Of a stretch of 64,000 nt of DNA, positions 17,091 through 31,982 are shown in pieces. A program made the translations under genes and the position numbers. Origin of the DNA: the human T2T-CHM13v2.0 reference genome, Homo sapiens. Each line of letters starts with the position of its first letter. The stretch's first letter is position 1. The stretch is from assembly GCF_009914755.1 (NCBI RefSeq), contig NC_060937.1; one strand, given 5' to 3'. Under the pieces are notes generated by a model, which saw only the letters and a program-made list of their open reading frames with translations, had not been told where the DNA came from and searched no databases.

Positions 17091-17394
17091 GGCCGGGCGT
17101 GGTGGCTCACGCCCGTAATCCCAGCACTTTGGGAGGCCGAGGCAGGCGGATCATGAGGTCAGGAGATCGAGACCATCCTGGCTAACACAGTGAAACCCCG
17201 TCTCTACTAAAAATACAAAAAGTTAGCCGGGCGTGGTGGTGGGTGCGTGTAGTCCCAGCTTCTCGGGAGGCTGAGGCAGGAGAATGGCGTGAACCTGAGA
17301 AGCAGAGCTTGCACTGAGCCGAGATCGCGCCACTGCACTTCAGCCTGGGCGACAGAGCTAGACTCCGTCTCAAAAAACAAAAAACAAAAAAAAA
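17091..17394 (+). mobile_element. AluY
   Basis: AluY diagnostics, CpG-rich, TSD aaaagatttga. Confidence 0.93.
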
Positions 17395-17589
17395 GATTTG
17401 ATATACAGTTTACCTTATTCTATGTTCCAGTGTTTCTAAGGCCATGACTTAACTCATTTTTACAGCCTCCCTCATTCAGACTCCTTAGTGGAGGGAAAGG
17501 ACATGATTATTCCAAATAATGCCTCTCACTCATTCAGAATCTATGGTGTACTGGAAAAGCACATAATTACATAAGGATTGAATTACTGT

Positions 17590-18700
17590 TACTGTTTTAA
17601 ATTGAGAAAATTGGGGCTTCAAGTATAAAGCCAATCTTCGGGTTGCCAAAGATCACTGGGCTAGTAAGTAGTGGAGCTGAGATTCAAATTATGTGTAACT
17701 TCTAAGTTGTACTGTTTCCACTGTGCATGTTGCTTCTCATACTAAGTATGAGGAAAAGTCCCCTCCCACCACAAAACGAAGTGAAGTTTATTACTTTGAA
17801 GGCAGAGTTTTTATTAGTGCCTGTTGGAGGCTGGGTACTATGATAGGTACTGGAACTAGAAGAGTGACTGGAAGTGATAGGATTGCTGCTTTAGAGATGG
17901 GTATAGAGAAATAAAACATAAATAATTACAAATTGTGATAAGTGTTATGAGGGAAACAAGTTGTTGAGAGAGAATCATGGTTCCCTTCAGTAATAGGGTG
18001 CTCAGGGAAAGTCTTGCTGAGGGGTAAAATGTAAGCTGAGAATGATGGATGAGAAGGAGTCAGCCAGCTAGGCAGACAAGACCGCGTGCGCAAAGGCTCT
18101 GAGTCACCCCAGTCTGCTTCTGTCCTCAGTACTCTACTATAGAGTTCTTGCTAGTGTGACCACCAGTTTTCTCATGTTAAGTCCAGTGGACATTTTTCAG
18201 TCCTCTTCTGTTTGACTTCCCAGAATCTTTTAACACTATTACCCTTTTTCAGACACTCTCATCCTCTGGCTTTGGTGCCATTTTAATCTCCTAGTTTTCT
18301 CTCTACTTCTGTGGCCCTCCTCTGTGTCCCCTCTACAGGAATCACTCAAGGTTTGATTGGTGGGCTCTTCTTAAAATTGTTTTATTTTTTGTACTTTCTC
18401 TACCCTTACCCTGAAAGATGGCATTCTCTTCCACTTCTGTTTCTGTGGTTTTAATCAACCCTAGACTCCAACTCTGTTTTCTCTCTCTCTGTGACGTCTC
18501 TAGTTGAATGTTTTACCACTACCTCAAACCCAGCATTACCCAAACTGAACTTTGATCCTTCGGGCTTCTTGTATCTGAATCCTCCTGCAGAAGCACAAGA
18601 TGTAGGAATTTATGTTCACCATCATTCTTTCTTTCATTTCTCATTTCCAATTTATGAGCAAGTCCTTTTCATAAATAATTTTGGAATCTAGTCACCTATC
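17590..18700. mobile_element. Degraded MIR/L2 fragments
   Basis: MIR-like ctagtaagtagtggagctgagattcaaa; L2-like tcagggaaagtcttgctgagg...aagctgagaat and tccagtggacatttttcagtcctc. Confidence 0.5.
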
Positions 18701-20490
18701 TTCACTTCGTTATTGCTTCTTTAGCAAGGTCTTTTAAAATCTTCTAGTGAATCTTTTAATCTTTTAGACTGATAAAATTAATTTCATCTGGGGCAGTTTA
18801 TCTAATGTGAACTGTTTCAGTTTCTGAAGTTTTGTTTGATAGCGAATGCTTTCTTACTCTGTTTTGGAATTTTAGTTCATAGGCTCTTTTTTCTGGTGAA
18901 AGTTAAAAATGTTTATTGCTCTTCATGCTTCATCTTCTCCCTTCCCTTTGCTTCCTTGACCTTCCTCTTCCTCTCTCTTTCCTAGTTTCTCTCTCACCCC
19001 GGCCATTGCTGCCTCCCACCTTCTCCCTGACCAGTAGTTTTGTGGGTGCCCCCCCGCCGGCATTTTGGATTCCTAATCTACATCCAGGTCTTATGGTGAT
19101 AGTTTGGACACATGGCAGATTAGTCCCAGCAGCTTGTTCAGATTTTGACCCTGAAGCTGTGGTTCTGCCTCCCTAGGTCCACAGTCTCCAGGAGTTGTAG
19201 TGAGCTGTAGTTGCAGACAATACTTGGTGGCCTCCTCTTCAGGCCAAGGGCAGTTCCTCTTTGGCCTGGTCTTCACCAGTGGCTCTGGCTCTCTTCTCAG
19301 TCTTGTGAGAACATTCTTGCCATCTGTACTTTGCATTTGGCACTTCCTGCTTCTGAGGAACCAGCCAGTGGTTAGCATTGTTATGCGTTTTTCTCCTGTT
19401 TTGAGTTTGTGAAATGTTTACCATTTATTTCTGCTTACCTGTTTTCTTAGTTTTCCTTTCTGGGTTTTATTGTCATTGTTGTACATTTGAAGTAGAGAGA
19501 GCTTTTGAAATATGAACTCACTGTGCCATCCTTTTTTTGTGCTAAATTTATTGAAGTCCACAAAAACCAGAGAAAAATGTCAGATCTCAAAATTGTGTTT
19601 TTGCTCAATTTCAAGCATCAATTTATCCAAGTTACCCACTTGATACCTGACTTGCCCTACTTAGCAAGTCGAGGCATTGTTTTGCTGGCTCTGGCACTCT
19701 GGCTATAGCCAGTCACTCACCCCACTTGGGATTGCTTCCTTTGCTGCTTGTTCCTGCTGCTGCTCAGTGGCAGCTGCCAAGTTGGAGTAGCAAAGGGAAA
19801 AGTTTAGTAGGCATCTTTTAGGAAGACAGAATGCTGTCTGGAGATGGCAGTGGTGGATTTATATCTGAGTCATTCATCTGAATTGGAACCTGTACAAAGG
19901 AAAAGAGGTTCTAGCTCAGATAAATAGATATAAATTCATTGTTGCTATCTTCAGGCATTCATTTATTTAATTAGATGCACTGAAAAGCACTCTCGAGGTG
20001 TGGGGACAGGGTGTGGTGTATCCAATGGAGAGTTTGTAGAAATTGTTAAGTTGAGGTACAACTGCTTATAAATAGTATTTGAAAATGTCTTATTTTGTAA
20101 ACAACTGAGTATTTAGTTGATTGCAAATCTTCCTGTAAATCAATGATAGATTAGTTTAGTTTCCGGGTCTATAGTATATTCCTCAAATGGATAGTAGGTA
20201 TTTTTGTAAAGGGGACTTTATAATTAAATATAGCAAAGTGTCTTCCGTGGACTGTATTAATTAAATGTTACAGATCCCCAGGCTGCACTGATGAAACTCA
20301 GCTGGGATGCTCTACATGTGATAGGGAAATTTGGTTTCAAAATTACACAACCTATTTGTGAAGGTTTCGTGTAATTTTTCTTTTCAGTAAGAAGTGTTTC
20401 CATGTATCAGTTTTTTTACATTTAAAAAAGTAATTTATTTTCAATTGTGGTAAAGTATACATAACATAAAAGTTTACCATTTTAACCATT

Positions 20491-20991
20491 TGTTATCAAA
20501 AGATGATGAGATCTGTGGAGGAAAAAATGGAGAGCTTTATTTTCTATAGAAAAAACTTGCAGACTGGGGAGGCATAGTTTTCACTAGTGAAAATGTTGCT
20601 CTAAAGAGAAAAAAAAAGGGGCTTGGCTTAAGTAGGGAAAGTTCTTGCCCTCATTCTCTGTGAGGTCTGTGCAAACGAAGGATTCAAGCTTGTTCGGTTC
20701 AGATTGAACCCTAATCTGGTGCCAGAAGTGTCTCTGTCAGATGTTCCTTCGAAAGGCTGGTGCAGGGGAGGTTTCTGCTGCAATTCTTCTTGGCCCCAGT
20801 CACAGGAACTGTTCTGGCTTAAGAACAGTTCTTAATCAAGAGCCGTGATTTCCAAGAACGAAGGGTGGTGACCACTCTTCTCTCACTCTGCTATGGCCGC
20901 TTGGACCCATTGTCTAAATGTGGGTATATTAGCCACAGGGAGTGCATCTCATCTGGAGAGCTTGCAGTTTTATTTACAATTTTATTTCACA
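20491..20991 (-). mobile_element. Solo ERV1-class LTR inserted in an L1M 3' end
   Basis: TG...CA termini, 4-bp TSD catt (20487-20490 / 20992-20995), AATAAA on the minus strand near 20536; L1 text rejoins across it. Confidence 0.75.
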
Positions 20992-21750
20992 CATTTTTAA
21001 GCATACAGTTCAGTAACATTAAGCACATTCACATTGTTTTGCAGGATGAAAAGTTCTGGAAACGGGTGGTGGCGATGGTTTCGCATTATCAATTTTTACC
21101 TAGTATGCTTTTTTTTATACAGTGTTTTAAAGTGTTGGAAAAAACTTATGCCTTTACAGTATTTTATTATATTAGCTTATGTTCATTGTATGGGGTTGTA
21201 GGCAGTGACAGATACTCAACCTTTAACAAATACCGTTGAGCACTTGTTATGTGAAGATGCTCCACATCTTTTGAACTAGGCAGTTGTGGTTCCTGCACTC
21301 TTGTGGCTTCCAGTTCAGTGGAAGAAGCAGACATTTTATAATTACATACATTTATGACATTAGTGTAATGAAAAATTATAGGGTGTTTTGTAAGTGTGGA
21401 ACAGGAGGATCTGAACCAGCCTGGGGAGTCAGGGAATGCTTTTTTGAGGAATTCACATTTTGGCAGAGACCTGAAGGGGGTGACAAGAGTTAGGTGAAGC
21501 TGGGAGAGGACAATACTAGGGCAGAATAGAGCTTGGTAATTTCCAGAAAGTTAGATAGGGCTAATGTACTCTTAAACAGGAGGCCTGCATTGTTGTTCAC
21601 AATGTTCACCTATATGTAGTTGTGTTTGTTTTTTAAATTTTTAAAAATTATCCTATAGTAATAGGATACCCATCTTTCATACCCTTCTGTGGATATCAGC
21701 ACATGTGTAGATTATGTCACTACTAGCACAATCAGAATGCAGAGTAGTTC

Positions 21751-21828
21751 CATTACCCCTCAGACTCCCTTGTGAGTCATTACCCCTCAGACTCCCTTGT
21801 GAGTCATTACCCCTCAGACTCCCTTGTG
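21751..21828 (+). repeat. 27-bp tandem repeat x2.9 (cattacccctcagactcccttgtgagt)
   Basis: Perfect units at 21751, 21778 and 21805. Confidence 0.97.
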
Positions 21829-22167
21829 TATCCCATTAGTGTCACATCCTTTTCCACCCTGACACTGGCAACCACGGATGTGTTTCCCATCACTATAGCA
21901 TTGTCATTTCCACACAGCGTGTAACCTTTTGAGACTGGCTACTTTCACTCAGAATATGTTTTTGTGATTCATCCAAACTGTTGTGTGTATCAATAGAATG
22001 TTCCTTTTTTATTACCGAGTAGTGTTGCATTGTGTGGATGCACAGGTTTTTTTAAATCCATTTACCTGTTGAAGGACATTTGGGTTGTTTCCAGCTTTTG
22101 ACAATTATGAATAGAACTGTTGTAAACATTTGTGTACAGATTCTGTTTCTCTAGTATAAATATCTAG

Positions 22168-22585
<418 letters not shown>

Positions 22586-23158
22586 TCATTTTAACCACTC
22601 TAATATGGTTTGGAAGTAGTATCTCATTGTGGTTTTAATTTGCATTTGCCTAATGGTTAATGATGATGACCTTCTTCTCATGTGCTTATTTGCCATCCAT
22701 GTATCCTTTTCAGTGAATAAGCTTTGCCTGTTTTTTAATTCATTTGTTTGTTTGTTTTTCTGTTGTTGAGTTTAGAGTGTTCTTTATGTATTCCGAATAC
22801 AGGTCCTTTGTTGGATGTATGATTGGCAAATAGTTTCTTCCAGTTGGTAGGTTGTCTTTTTTGTCCTCTTGACAGTGTCTACTGCAGATCACTTGTTTTT
22901 AATTTTGATAAAGTCAGCTGATCACTTTTTTCATCTATAGGTTGTGTTTTACTGTCATGTCTAAGAACTCTTTACCTAACTTCAGGCCACGAAGATTTTC
23001 TTCAAGATTTTTGTAGTTTTGCCCTTTATTGTTAGATATGTGATCCATCTTGAGTTAATTCTCTGTAAGATTTGCAGTCGGTTTTTTTGTTTTTTGTTTT
23101 TTTGCATATAGATGTTGAATTATTTCAACACCATTCATTGAAAATAGTATTTCTCTAT

Positions 23159-23694
23159 TGTGATGGTTAATATTGAGTGTCAACTTGATTGGGTTGAAGG
23201 ATGCAAAGTATTGTGTGTCTGCAAGGGTGTTACCAAAGGAGGTTGACATTTGAGTCAGTGGACTGAGAGAGGCAGACCCACCCCCAATCTGGGTGGGCAC
23301 CCTCTAATCAGCTGCCAGCGTGGCTAGAATGAAGCAGGCAGAAGAGTGTGGAAGGACTTGACTTGCTGAGTCTTCCGGCCTTCATCTTTCTCTTGTGCTG
23401 CATGCTTCCTGACCTCGAACATCAGACTCCAAGTTCTTCAGCCTTTGGACTCTTGGACTTAACTGGTTTGCCAGGGGCTCTGAGGCCTTCAGCCACAGAC
23501 TGAAGGCTGTACTGTCGGCTTTCCTACTTTTGAGGTTTTGGGACTCAGACTGGCTTCCCTGCTCTTAGCTTGCAGATGGCCTGTTGTGGTACTTCACCTT
23601 GTGATCATGTGAGTCAATACTCTTTAATAAACTCCCCTTCATATGTACATCCATACTGTTAGTTCTGTCCCTTTAGAGAACCCTGACTAATACA
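23159..23694 (+). mobile_element. MLT2A (HERV-L) solo LTR, sense to PCCA
   Basis: tgtgatggttaatattgagtgtcaacttgattgg...ctttagagaaccctgactaataca; AATAAA at 23626; CAT|GTGAGT donor at 23609. Confidence 0.9.
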
Positions 23695-24074
23695 ATTACT
23701 TTTGCACCTCTGTCAAAAATCAAATGGGGTGATATTTGGATGGGTTTCTTGACTCTGTTCTTTTTCATTCATCTGTGTCTATTCCCTTGTCAGTACTACA
23801 TAGTGTTAAAATTGGATTCCTCTACCTTTCTTTTTCTCCCCCCATTTTTCCAAAACTGCTTCAGCTATTCTGGTTCATTTGCCTTTTCGTATACATTTTA
23901 GAATCAGCTTATGTTTATGTACACACACAAAAAAAATCCTGCTGAGATTTTGATTAGAATTTTGTTGAATCTACATCAGTTTGGGAAGAATTGACATTTT
24001 CCACTGTGTTGAGTCTTCCAATCCATGAACATGGCATGTCTCTTAATTTATTTAGGTTTTCTTTGTTGGTGGTG

Positions 24075-24908
24075 GTATTCTTAGACAGGGTCTTGCTCTG
24101 TTGCCCAGGCTGGAGTGCAGTTGTGTGATCATAGCTCACTGTAGGCTTGACCACCTGGGCTCAAACCTCCCACCTCAGCCTCCTGAGTAGCTGGGATTAC
24201 AGGCTTGTGCCACCATGCCCAGCTAGGTTTTTAATTTTTTTGTAGAGACAGGGTCTCCCTATATTGTCAAGGCTGGTCCTGAACTCCTGTGCTCAAGCAG
24301 TTCTCTTGCTTTGGGATTACAGGTGTGAGCCACCATGCCTAGCCTGTTTAGGTCTGCTTTGATTTCTTTCATTAGCATTTCATAGTTTTCAATATGCAGA
24401 TCCTGCACATGCTTTGTTTTGTTTGTTTTTTGTAGACAGGGTCTTACTGTGTTGCCCAGGCTGGCCTCAAACTCCTGGGCTCAAGTGATCCTCCCACCAC
24501 AGCCTCCCAAATAGCTCCCAACTGTAGGTACATGCCACCATGCCCAGCTTGTACTGTTTTGTTAGATTTTTAACCTAAGTGTAATTTTTTTTTGGAGACT
24601 CTTAAAATTGTATTGTTTGGCCAGGCGTGGTGGCTCGCATCTGTAATCCTAGCACTTTGGGAGGCTGAGGTGGGAGGATCATTGAGCCAGGAGTTTGAGA
24701 CCAGCCTGGGCAACATAGCCAGACCCTGTCTCTACAAACAAACAAAAATATAGTAGGGTGTAGGGGCACATACCTGTAGTCCTAGCTGCTCTGGAGGCTG
24801 AGAGGGAGAATTGCTTGAGCCCAGGAGTTTAAGGCTGCAATGAGTTATGATCACAACACTTACATTCCAGCCTGGGTGACAGAGTGAGACTCTGTCTCTT
24901 TAAAAAAA
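24075..24908. mobile_element. AluJ (-, 24075-24344), Alu monomer (-, 24412-24548), AluJ (+, 24619-24908)
   Basis: Alu consensus blocks. Confidence 0.87.
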
Positions 24909-25690
24909 TTATTGTTTAGGCCGGTGACAGAGTGAGACTCCGTTATTGTTTAAAAAATTTTGGTTTCCAGTTGTACATTGCTAGTAGTAGAAGTATGATT
25001 AATGTTTGAATGTTGACCTTGCATTCTGTGATCTTGCTAAACTCATTAGTTCTAGGAGTATTTTCGTAGGTTCCTTGGGGTTGTCTATGTAGATAATCAT
25101 GTTGTCTGTGAACAGAGACAGTTCGATTTTTTTTTCTTTATAATTTGTATGTCTTTTATTTTATTTTTTTCTGTTGCTCTAGTTAGGAATTCCAGTATGA
25201 AGAGGAAGAGGAGTAGCAGTGGTGCACATTCTTGCCTTATTCCCAATCTTAGTGGAAAAGTGTTCAGTCATTCAGAATTAAGTATGGTATTAGCTGTGGG
25301 TTTTTTGTGGTTGCTTTTTATCAGGTTGAGGAAGATCCTGTCTACTCCTAATCTGCCAATGAATGTTGAATGTTGTCTTACACTTTTCCTAAATCAATTG
25401 ATATGATCATGTGGGGTTTTTTTCCTTTTGATTGTAATATGCTATTTTACGCTGAGCGATTGATTTTTTTAGTATGAAGCTACTTTTGCATTTTGGTTGT
25501 GGTGTATTGTTTTTTATATATTGCTGGATTGGACTTCTTAATTTTTTGTTAAGGATTTTTTACATCATTATTATGAGGGACATTGGTCTGCAGTTTTCTT
25601 TTTGTGTACTGTCTTTGGTATTAGCATAATGTTGTCCTTATAAAATTAATTGGGAAATGTTTCTTCTCTGAATGAGAGTGTATAAAATTG

Positions 25691-25994
<304 letters not shown>

Positions 25995-27311
25995 TAAAAT
26001 TGTTCAGAATTCTCCAGTGAAACCATCTGGGCCTGGAGATTTCTTCTTCAGAAGGTTTTAAATGACGTATTCAAGTTCTTTAATAGTTATTGGAGTATTC
26101 AGGTTATCTATCTTATTTTGAGTGTGTTTTGTTAGCTTTGTGTTTTGCCATTTTTGAGGAATTGGTTCATTTCATCTAAATTGTCCAATTTATGCACATA
26201 GAATTATTCTTAGAAACCTTTTATTATCCTTTTAATATCTGCATAGTTTGTAGTGATAACCTCTTTCCTTTCTTATTTTGGATGTCGTTTTTTTCTTCTT
26301 TTCTTAGTCTTTTTAGAGATTTATCAGTTTTATTGATGCTTTAGAATAACTAGCTTAGGTTGCATTGATGTCTTTTTTCTCTATTTTCTCTTTTAAAAAT
26401 TATTGATATCTCCTCTGTTGTGTTCTTCCTTCTACTTTAGGTTTATTTTGCTTTTCTTTTTCTGGTTTGTAAGGTAGGAGCTTAGATTATTGATTTGAGA
26501 TATATCTTCTTATTTAATACTATAATTTTCTCTCTAAGCACTCTAAGTGCATCTAATATTTTTTTTTATATATTGTGTTTTCATTTTTGTTAAGAATGTT
26601 TTCTGAGACTTCCTTTTTTGCACATAGGTTATTTAAAATTGTTTAATTTCCAAGCATTTGGAGATTTTTCTACTGTCTTTCTGTTATTTATTTCTAATAC
26701 TAATTCTCTTTGTTCAGAGATCATATTTTGTATTATTATAGTTTTTTTCAGTGTGTTAAGTTCATTTTCTGATCCAGGTATGACCTGTTTTGTTGCATGT
26801 TTCATGTGCACTTGTAAAGATTGTGTCTTCTGTTGTTAGACTTCAGTACTGTATAAATGTCAGTGAGATACAACTGGTTTGTGGTATTGTCCAGTTCCTC
26901 TATATCCATGCCAATTTTCTACTACTTGTCTTTCTTTTGAGAGTCTTGATGTTTCCAACGATGACTGGGTTATTGTCTGTTTCTCCTCTCAGTTCTGCCA
27001 GTTTTTGCTTTATGAAGCACTGTTGTTAGGAACATACACATTAAGGATTATTGTATCTTTTTGGTGAATTGACCCTGTTACTATTAGGTAATGTTCTTCT
27101 CTATCCCTTGTAAATTTCTTTGCTCTGAAGCCTACTTTTTCTGATACTAACCTAGGCATTCCAGCCTTTATTTGCTTGATGTTTGCATCGTATTTTTTCC
27201 CATCATTTTACCTTTAAACTACATATGTCATTATATTTGATGTGACTCTCTTGTACACAGCATATACTTGGGTCATATTTTGACAATCTCTTTTAATTTG
27301 TATGTTTAAGT

Positions 27312-27595
27312 CTTTTTTTTTTTTTTATTTTTTTCGAGACAGGGTCTCACTCTGTCATCCAGGCTGGAGTGCAGTGGCGCGATTATGGCCCACTGCAGCC
27401 TCAGCCTCCTGGGCCCAAGTGATCCTTTCACCTCAGCCTCCTGAGTAACTGGGAACACCTCTAGCTAATTTTCTTTCGTGGAGTCGTGGTCTCCCTATGT
27501 TGTCCAGGCTGGTCTTGAACTCCTGGACTCAAGCATTCCTCTCATTTCAGCCTCCCAAAGTGTTGGGATTAAGGCATGAACCACCACACCTGGCC
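27312..27595 (-). mobile_element. AluJ
   Basis: Diverged Alu dimer. Confidence 0.87.
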
Positions 27596-28160
27596 ACTTT
27601 TATGTTTAATGTAGTTATTGAAATGTTTGGCTTTTGGGCTACTGTTTTATTATTTTGTTTTTCTATCTAGTTTTTTTCACTGTTTCACTCTTTGTGTCTT
27701 CTTTTGCATTATTTGAACTTTTTAAAAGTATTCCTTTGAAATTTATTGTGTTTATGACTATCTCGTGTAGTTTTTCTTCAAATTAATACTTTATTGATTA
27801 TAATATACATACTTAACTTCCTATGGTCTATTGAAAATTCATATTTTACCACCTTAATTGGAATATGTCAGTCTTACCATCATGCAGGTATCTACATTCT
27901 CTTCTTATGTTATGGTTTTCTTACGTGTTATATCTGCATGCATTGAAAACCCCATCAGACAATGTTAAAATTTTTGCTTTCAACAGTTAAACGTATTTCA
28001 AAAGCAATGTTATCATTTCTGTTGCTCTTCCTTCATTCCTTATGTTCCAGATTTCCTTCTAATGTTATTTTCCTTCTGTCTGAAGAACTTCCTTAAGCAG
28101 TTTTAGAGCTGATCTGCTAGCAACTAATGCTCTTAGTTTTCCTTTATTTGAAAATGTCTT

Positions 28161-28573
<413 letters not shown>

Positions 28574-30876
28574 TCACTTCCTTCTGGTCTTTGTGGCTTC
28601 TGATGTGAAATCCATAGTAGTTTGAGTATCATTCCTTTATAGTTAATGTGTTGTTTTTCTTTGTTTACTTTCAGGAATTTTGTCTTTAATTTTCAGTGGT
28701 TTGATTATGTTTTCTGATTTCTTTTTGTTACCCTGTTTGAGATTCACTGACCTTCTTGAATATGTAGGTTTATGTCTTTTACCAAACTTGGGAAGTTTTC
28801 AGTCCTTATTAAAAAAAATATTTTCTCAGCATGGTGCTGAGAACATTTTTTTTCTTCTTTTCTCTGATAGACATGTATGTTAGACCTTTAAGTATTGTTC
28901 CATAGTCTCTTGTTAATTTTTTCTACTCTTTTTTTCTCTCTTGTTTCAGATTGTATAATTTCTGTTGATCAGTCTTCAGATTTATTGACTCTTTCCTTTG
29001 TCATCTGTAGTCTACCCTTGAGCCCATCCAGTATGTTTTTTTTAATTTGATTATTGCATATTTTAGTTTAAAATTTTCCATTGGTTTCTTTTTACAAATT
29101 CTGTTTCTTTTCTGATACTTTCAAAGTTTCCATTTGTTTCAAGAGTGTTCATAATTGCTTGTTGGAAAACTTTAATAATAACTTCCTTAAAATCTTTGTG
29201 AGATAATTTCAACATTTTTGTTACTTTGGTCTTGGTATTTGATTTTTCCTTCCCTGTAAGAGATTTACTTGGTTCTTGGGTTAATTTTAGATATTTTGAG
29301 TATGATGTTATGAGACATAATCCTCTGAATTTAGTTCATTTCTTTTTAGGATGTTAATATTTTTGTTTCAGTAGCAATTAACTTGGTTGGCTTCAGAGTG
29401 CACATTCCAGTTTTTTTTTGTTTTTTTTTTTCCTGTGGGCGGTGGGTCTTTGTACTCCTATACAGATCCACCCCACATATGTGTCAACAACTCATCAGTC
29501 TGGGATCTGTGGTTAGTTCAGTGTTTAAATTCTTTGGTATACTTATTAGAATTACATCCATACATGCCCAACCTAGGGATGAGCTCAGAAGTTCATAAAC
29601 AACTTTATTGTGTCACTTCTCCATGCTAGCTTCTCCCATTCTGGTTCTTTAGGCCTTCACTTTTCAGTCTTCTTACTTAGAAATCTGAGGTTTTATTACC
29701 TTGCTCTGCTGTTCAAATTTTGTGTTTGTGTCCAGGACGTGTAAAGAGCACAGAGAGAGCAGAAAAAACCTTGGGGTTTTACCTGCCCTCTTGAGACTGC
29801 AGTTTCACTGATTGAAGAAGAATGTTTCTTCTCTCATTGTTTTGGCTCTTGCTGGCATCTATGTCTGCCTCTGGTACCACAGCCACAAAATTACTTGGGG
29901 GTTGGGGCAAAAAAGAATAGAGCAAAAGGAAAAAAAATATGGGAATTGAGATTTCCATAATGTTGTAAGTATCAGGAGCTCCCTTTCCTGCCTTTTGAGT
30001 GAGATGAATAGGGGTTCTCCTGGAGTTCTCTCCATCAGTGTCCCCATGCCTACTTTGCATTTCAGGCTTTTCCAAGGTCGGTCAGGGAGATCATGGGAGG
30101 AAAAGAAAATGATAAAACTCACCACTTGTTTATAGTAATTTGAATTCTTTTCTTCCTTGATCTGCCTGCTACTGTTTGCTTTTCCAAGTCTATAAATACT
30201 TGATTCGTGCATTCTTTTGAGGTTTCATAGTTGAATTCAGTGGGATAGTTGGGGTGGAGCATGCTTAGTCCATCTTACCTGCAGTTAGAATGGCCAGGGG
30301 TGTTTCTTGAAAGCTACTTAGAAAACAAATGTGGGAAGGAATTAGCAGAATGCATCTTTGCATCCTGTATACTATGTTGTGTATCCTATATTATGGTAAA
30401 AGTTTGGTTAGATAACAGAGGAAAATAAAGGAGGTTTTCATTGTTGATAGCACTATGTCCTAACCTTCATCTGAGGTTACTGGGAGAGAAAGGAAAGTGT
30501 TACAGCTAATTGCTTGAATGACTCAACTGCAGTAATATATAGTAAGCTGCTATTAATGATGCAGTATAGCTTGCCTCCTGTGGATGTTATTTTCTTTCCA
30601 TAGGAGATAAACATTGAGAATCACAGACTTCCCAAAATCCAAACACTTTACCGTGACATTCAAGATCCATTCAAGTTCCTACTGATTTTTCTTCTACCAT
30701 CCTTTCCCATCAGTCCCTTTTCATACACTTTATTTTCAAGCCATCTCACAGATTTCTATACTGGCACCTTTCACATTTCCACCATTTCGAATGTACTCTT
30801 TCTCTGTTAGTTCTCTCTCACTTTTTTTCATTTATTAGAAATCCAGTTTTATTGTTCAATAGCCAATTCTCTGTGA

Positions 30877-31218
<342 letters not shown>

Positions 31219-31982
31219 CTTTATTACTCTTAATTGCAGTTGGTGTATAAGTCTTTCATACCAGACCAAACTCCTGGAGGGGTAGAGGACTGTGATTTAT
31301 CATCTTTTTATACCTTGCTGTAATAAAGTATACCTGTAATAAATTTTTGAGTGGATCAGGGAAAAGAAAGGAAGTGTTCATGATTTAGTTAATGTTAAAG
31401 GGATATGATGGGTGGAACATCAAATAGTTGAATTACATAAGAGAGTGGAAAACAAAGGCAAGTACTGTTTAAATGGAATTAGGAACTAATGTTTTGGGAA
31501 ATATGTTTCGATGACTTTGAGTGTTGGCAATAATACTTGGAAATTCATTTTTTCTGATCTTTTTATTATATACAGTTTTTCTTCCAGTAGGGCAGATTTT
31601 TTTTTTCTCTAGTCTTTTCTCTTCAGAGGGCCAGCTGCCACCTCCTATAAGGTAGAGTTTTTCTACCTTGTGCTGTCCAGATGTTTCTTTTTATTTGAAT
31701 TTATTTATTTACTCTTTTACACAAAAGAGGCATGCCAACAGCTGCACTAAGTGTTCTTTCCTAAGCCAGCCAGATGTTTGGACTTGGAGAAAAGTTAGAT
31801 TTTGAAATAAAAGACAGGTGGATTATAGCCCTTCATTCAACCATTCAGTTTTTCCTTGCCTATTGCTGCTGCCAGGTAGGGTGTCTTTAACCCGTCTTTA
31901 TAGTACCTCTTGTCACAAATTTAGTTCCAGAAATTAAAGGACTAACTCCTCCTGAAATCTCTATGAGATGAAATGAGCCTTC

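Noticed and set aside
21751-21828. 27-bp repeats as a CRISPR-like array
   Set aside because: Head-to-tail with no spacers, eukaryotic intron, no cas genes
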